Shown here piece after piece: positions 57,038 to 64,000 of a stretch of DNA of 64,000 nt. The DNA lies in NCBI RefSeq assembly GCF_009914755.1, contig NC_060940.1, one strand, 5' to 3'. This stretch comes from the human T2T-CHM13v2.0 reference genome, Homo sapiens. Position 1 is the stretch's first letter. Every line of letters starts with the position of its first letter. The translations under genes were made by a program, and so were the position numbers. The notes below the pieces were generated by a model that saw only the letters and a list, made by a program, of their open reading frames with translations, was not told where the DNA came from and made no database searches.

Positions 57038-57413
57038 TGTGTTAGTTCCTTCTCACACTGCTATATAAACATACCTGAGACTGTGTAATTTATAAAGAAA
57101 GCAGGTTTAATTGGCTCATTGTTCTGTGTTCATGTTCTGCTTCTGGATAGGCCTTAGGAAACTTCCAATCATGGCGAAGAGGAAGCAGGCAAATCTTAGC
57201 AGGAGCAGGAGGACGAATAGGGGGAGGTGATATGCTCTTGTAAACAAGCAGATCTTAGGCATACTGGATCACGAGACAGCACTAGGGGGATGGCACTAAG
57301 CTGTTTTTAACCAGCCCCATGATCCAATCACCTCCCACCAGGCCCCACCTCCAGTATTGGGGATTACAATTTAATATGAGATTTGGGTAGGGACACAGAG
57401 CCAAACCACATCA
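57038..57413 (-). mobile_element. MST (MSTA-like) MaLR solo LTR inserted in an L1M 3' fragment (about 56915-57600)
   Basis: TGTGTTAGTTCCTTCTCACACTGCTATA...ATACCTGAGACTG...GAGATTTGGGTAGGGACACAGAGCCAAACCACATCA; L1M-like flanks on both sides. Confidence 0.88.
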
Positions 57414-59054
57414 GGTGACATCCCAGTAATGACTGTGGTCTAGTAAATTGTGTTGTGTTGATGTTGATTTTCAGGTTTTGCCATTGTATTGTATGTATGT
57501 AAGATGTATATATGGGGGAAGCTGGATGATGGGTATAGGGTGTTCTCTGTACCAGTTTGGCCATGTTTTGTGAATCTATAATTAGTTTCAAATAAAAGTT
57601 AACAACCAGAAGATCACGAGCTAAACCAATAAAGTGAATTATGGTCAGTTGCAGATTCACTGCCAGACCTGGGAGGAAATCTCACCTTGGCAGATCGAGT
57701 CTCTTGTCCTCGCCTAACAATCAGCAGTTCACCTCTCGAAAAGGGGTTCCGTTTGCAATCTGTCAGCCACTACCTTCTTATTTAGAGCATGTCCCACTAC
57801 AAACATTTCTATAAAGTTACTAAGTTTGTTAGACAATTAGAATTGCAAACCCCCAACACACACATAAACACATATGCACACCCTAATTTAAAGGCTGCAT
57901 TTTCCATCCCCTGGACTTACTGTATTGCCTCCAGTTTCTCTCCATTTCTCAGGATTGGTAGCAGAAATGGGAAACCTGATACCTAGGGCAAGAGAATTGC
58001 CTGAATAACAGTATGTGGACTTGAATCACTATCCCCAGGAGCCTAGTAACCCACAGCTTGTGGATTAGTCTGTTGAACTACTTGATGGCTTGTGACCCCT
58101 TTTTCCCTTAGAGGTATATGTTCTGATTTTCTTCTTATTGATAGTGGCAGCTCTGTGCTTTATTTTGAAGGGAAGCAGGGGAACCAAAAGAAAACTTAGC
58201 AGTTGTAAGTTACTTACAGAGAAGACTGGGCTAGTTGGCTGTGCTATCATTTTTGTTGAAATACTGCTTTGGGGTCGCCATCTGGGAATGTTCTTCCTGT
58301 TTTATGGGGGAAATACATACATGCGTTTTTATAATATGTAGCCTGCATATCCCTTGGGGTTTCCACTGGGGGCTTGGCTGAGCAGAGCAATTTCTTTACC
58401 ACCCCCTCCACAGCATAATGAATGGCTGCCTTTCCTCTTGTGATACATTCACATTTCTGTAAGATTCTGCACGTGGCAGTGAGTGTCATGCTCCAAGTAA
58501 AACGAGGCAGGGACCAGAGGACTTAGGATGAGGATGAAAGGTCACTTTGTTTGCTGACTCTGAATGTCAGGTAGTTGTGTTTATGAGGCATCAGCGTCTC
58601 TGTGGGGTATTGAAACATTTACACTTTGAAAATATTTTTAATCATCAGATAAATATCAGTTACTCAGACAGCTTATGAGGGTTCTGCTCCTCATCTGGAG
58701 GTACACACCTTTCACGGGGTGTGACTTCACCACATGCCTTCAATATTCTTGGTGGCAGTTGCCCTCTTTATAGGGGGGATGTGGCGTCACCTTATAGCAG
58801 ACCCTCTAGCTCTGTTATTTCCTGAACGTAGGAAACTAACAACCCACGTGTGGGCGTTTTCCCCTTTTCCTAGATCAGGTTCATGTTTCTCCTCCTCGTT
58901 CCAAAATCTGCACACTTTGGCATCTGCCACTGTTACCCAAGACCAGGAATTTAAATCTGTGTTTGCCAGTTTGCCTCCACCACTGATGTGCTGTTGGGGT
59001 TTGGGGACATAATTTCATCACTTTCTACCACCTTTCCTTAAAACTAGGCTTCGT

Positions 59055-59389
<335 letters not shown>

Positions 59390-61014
59390 TTAGCAGGCAT
59401 GACTTGGATTCTTTAGGATCCTTCCCTCAGTAATCTGGTCTGATGTGGCCTTCAGGGAGGATCTTTGGACATCATTGCCATCCATCTGTCCACTGTGCTG
59501 GACTATAACCCACCCAGACTACCATTTATTGCCAAGTGGCATCGGGACAAGAGTTTTACACAAGAAACATCTTCTCTGCTAGTTAAATTAATTAGATAAT
59601 TTGTCTTCCAGACAGGATGTTAGGAACTTATGAACATGTATCGTTACAAACCTATGAGTAGATGACTAATATTCATCTTTTACAGATAAGGAAACTGAGG
59701 CTCAACAGTGTTAAATGGTCCAGAATGAGTGTGTTTTCTAGCTGTCACTGCCTGATGTTTACTGCTCAAAGCTTAGGACTTGGATTAGAGCCCAGGACTT
59801 GGCAGCCAAGATAAACCAGCTGCAATTACGCTGAACATCTCAACCCAGCTCCTGTCCATCCCTGAACAGGACACTTAGGGTAGAGGATGTTCTCAGCAGT
59901 GCCATTTGCATCCCCCTTCATAGCCTTACAGGTATCATGTTATCCTCCTTAATCTTACTTAAGCATCACAGTCTAGACTAGAATTCCCAAGTCAACCGTT
60001 TGTTTTACGGGACTCTTCTTATTTGAATAGGCAGGTGGCCCTGTGTTCTTGGCTTTTTTGTCCTTTCAAGGAGCTAGGTCTAAGAAGTGATAGTATTTAA
60101 TCTCGCACTCCGAAGCGCACCCAGATTTAAAAGTTGGGAGTGGCCCATACACAGAAGGCTAGTGGGAGGGGCAACCCGGAGATTTGTCCTTGCAGAATGA
60201 TGCCATGAAGAACATGGCCAATGGAACACCATTGCTTCAAATCCCGACCTCTCCAGTTCTCCTGGTTTCTTGTTAGGCGGGAACTTGGGCTTCTTTATCA
60301 GTGACTGGGGTCAGTTCTTGTACTCAACTTCCTATCTCTGTGATCTCTTGTAAGATGCTGCATTGTCAAATGGAGAAAACATTGTCTTTGAGTTGTTAGG
60401 AGCCTTGAGTGAGATGGTATGCAAATGTCCAGCCCGTGGCAGGCCCTAAGTACACAGTAGCCATTATTACCATTATTATTCCTATCACCAGCATGTATTC
60501 CACCTGTTGATAGAGTTTTCTGGGTTTACTAAGCCAGGGTGTTGCCTTTGGGATCGAGGTCCGTCAGAATCCATTGGTATAAACGAGTCTTTCTGCTTTT
60601 GTACTTTCTATAAAGGAGTTGTCTTTGATTTTTGATGCAGGTTTAATGGAGATATTTCAGAACCTGGATGGCAGCTTTTGAAATTAAGATATTGTCCATT
60701 GCATCTTTCCATGATCGAGGCGTTGTCGTGCATTCCCCTCCTTACAGCGTTTTAGGATGCAGATTGAGAGGAGATAACGTTAGCCCGAAGCGCCTTTGCA
60801 GCCTCTTTTGCGCGGCTGAAACACAGCACAACCCACCCCCCCGCCCCACCCCCCAGCCTGTAGGTTTAGCAGAATCCCAGCCTCACATCCTCCCCGAACT
60901 TGGCAGTAAAAGCCCTGTTCTTCCATTCATTCCGATGATTTATATTCTCTCTGGGCGTCTTATATTAAACAGGGGAATTCCGACATGTTCCATAACACAT
61001 TTACTGTAACTTGA

Positions 61015-61161
<147 letters not shown>

Positions 61162-62276
61162 TGAGTGTTCCAGTGGAGGGTTATAGATCATAATTTCTTG
61201 CTATTGTAATATCTTTATCAGATGAACACAATTGGGAGAATGCAAGGCTGTTGTGTTGTCTTGGCGTCCAAACAGGAGGCTCATTTATATTGGCCCTGTT
61301 AAGGTGAACCGTATTTTCTTGACTCACAGTCACCTTCATTATGAGATGTGTCATCAATCTAATAACAGCTTCCCACATACCAAAAGAGAAGACACTATTA
61401 AAGCACTAGTAAAAGTGGCTAATAAAAGCTTGGCAATAGTAAGATGCATCCTGATTATAAGATTTTTTGTAGTGCATTTCAGAATGGAGTAAGAGTATAT
61501 TTAAATTGCATTCAGGAACAAGTAAACTCAGTTATCCAGTATGGCAGGGAGGTTGACAATCCAAGCACCCAAAAGACCTCTAGTTTCTAAAGCCTTCGAT
61601 GATTTGATGTGGTACATGGATGTGGTTCCAAAAAACATGGACTCACATTCCTTTTATTTATTTTTTTTCATCCTTTTCAGTCTTTCAAAATTCCAGTTGG
61701 AGAAAGCCTTAGTTAGGGCCTAGCATATTTTGATCCTATCATATGCTAGCATCCCTTTCTAACAGAGAAGGTTGTAGGAGAAAGGGAGAGAAGCGGAAGG
61801 GGGTGGGGAGACAGAGAGACAGACAGGAGGCCTCAAACCCTGAAACACTGAGCTAAGGAAAGTGATCATGGCAAGCTACACTAATTACAATACTTTGTTT
61901 CCAAGTGTTTATTTTTACTCATATTTAGGGCAGGCAATCCTGGTTTCTCGTTGAACATAGAGGTTTGAATTTCATTAATAAATAACTTCATTTATTTTTT
62001 TTCAGTGACTTGATTCAAACATGAGGATTAAGTTAATAATAGCACAGGTTGTGCGAAGGATAAGATAATTACACAAGAGGCACCAGAACCACTGAATGTG
62101 GAGAGCTCTCATAAATGACAAGCTGCCTTTGGGTTAGGCTCTGTTGGGAACATTACTTCTGCAGTGTTGCAAGCAGATGAAGGATGTGAGGGAAGGGATC
62201 TTAAACCAGATATTCAAATGGCCCTGTGGGGAGCTGACACCACACTGCTGTCTAGTGTCCAATTCTCCTTGCATGG

Positions 62277-62542
62277 CTGTGTCACCCAGGTTGGAACGTA
62301 GTGCACAATCTCGCCTTAATGCAACGTCCCACTGCGGGCCCAAGTGATTTTCCTGTCCCAGCCTCCTGAGTAGCTGGGACTACAGATGCCTGCCACCATG
62401 GCCTGCTAATTTTTGTATTTTTAGTAGACATAGGGTTTCACCATATTGGTCAGACTGGTCTCAAACTCCTGGCCTCAGGTGATCTACCCGCCTCAGCCTC
62501 TGAAAATGTTGGGATTACACACATGAACCACTGCGCCCAGCC
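62277..62542 (-). mobile_element. AluS, tail-less, with a diverged 3' end
   Basis: Reverse Alu from CTGTGTCACCCAGG to CTGCGCCCAGCC; no poly-T. Confidence 0.88.
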
Positions 62543-62577
62543 GCTCTACTTTATTAGATTTAAAAAGTTTGCTCTCA

Positions 62578-63239
<662 letters not shown>

Positions 63240-63944
63240 CTACATTAGAGTCAGTCTTAGTGAGAGTTGCAACATCGCCTAAGCGCAGACCCCAAGCTGG
63301 CTTGTAGGAACAGTGAGATAACATCCCCCAGCCAGCCAGATCTGAGAGAGCCCTCCTGTGTGTGTCCTTTGCAGCGCTTGGCTGTTAGTAGCTTCCACCC
63401 TTTGCCAGAACTATCAAGAGGCACCTCAACAGGCTGCAACACTAGCATTCAAGACATTTGTTCGCTGATTTGCTTCGTCATTCATTTATCCACCCGTTCC
63501 TTCACTTCACACACATTTCAGGAGCACCTCTAAAGCCCCAGACATTCTTCTGGGCTCTGAGAAGAGAGTGGTGGCCCTGGAAGCCACAGTAACCGCACAC
63601 AAGCTGTCACCTCAGTTGTCAGCTATTATGGATGGCTGACTCCTCAAACTCATCTGTCTGTGGTTGTTTGGGAGGGAATGATAATGACAAGAACAGCAGC
63701 GGAGTCAGCAGCTCATTTACTGAGGGCTTATGGGCCATACGTGGAAAATATTTTGCATGTATGTTTTGATTCAATTCTCAAAGCAGTCCTTGGGAGTAGA
63801 TGCTATTAATATCTCTACTATACAGATAAGGAAAGTGAGGCTAGAGAGGATATATAATTTATCCAAGGCATGTGGAATGTGGGTAGAGGGGCCGATTTAG
63901 CCTCTTCACGGCTCCAACTTGACCACCGTACTATACTGTGTTTC

Positions 63945-64000
63945 ATTTTAGTTTATTTTTTATTTATTTTTTGAGACAGGGTCTCGCTGTGTTGCCCAGG
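63945..64000 (-). mobile_element. Alu 3' end (cut by the window edge)
   Basis: T-rich tail then GAGACAGGGTCTCGCTGTGTTGCCCAGG. Confidence 0.85.

Overview
Human (primate) genomic DNA, about 41% GC by eye and dense in Alu, L1, MIR, MaLR and MER repeats. The only protein-coding exon I can support is 61072-61160 (+): 89 nt, cag|...|gtgagt, translating to [29 protein letters not shown](V). I recognise this as WWOX exon 6 (SDR domain; 16q23.1, the FRA16D gene), so 1-61071 is the distal part of WWOX intron 5 and 61161-64000 is the start of intron 6. The most striking structure is a processed LSM3 retrocopy (29725-30303) with an open 101-codon ORF, AATAAA and A30 tail, inserted inside an AluS element; both nested target-site duplications are still readable. 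Other notable items: a twin-primed inverted L1PA fragment inside a MER5A, a ~60-120 nt hairpin, a head-to-head Alu pair only 35 bp apart just downstream of exon 6, a trimeric Alu, and several repeat-free patches with retained CpGs or homeobox motifs that look like candidate regulatory elements. Nearly all other ORFs in the supplied track are repeat-derived or chance. I found no evidence of a genuinely new multi-gene system; the findings are hypotheses about retroposition history and intronic regulation. Repeat subfamily calls and boundaries come from recalled consensus sequences and are approximate.
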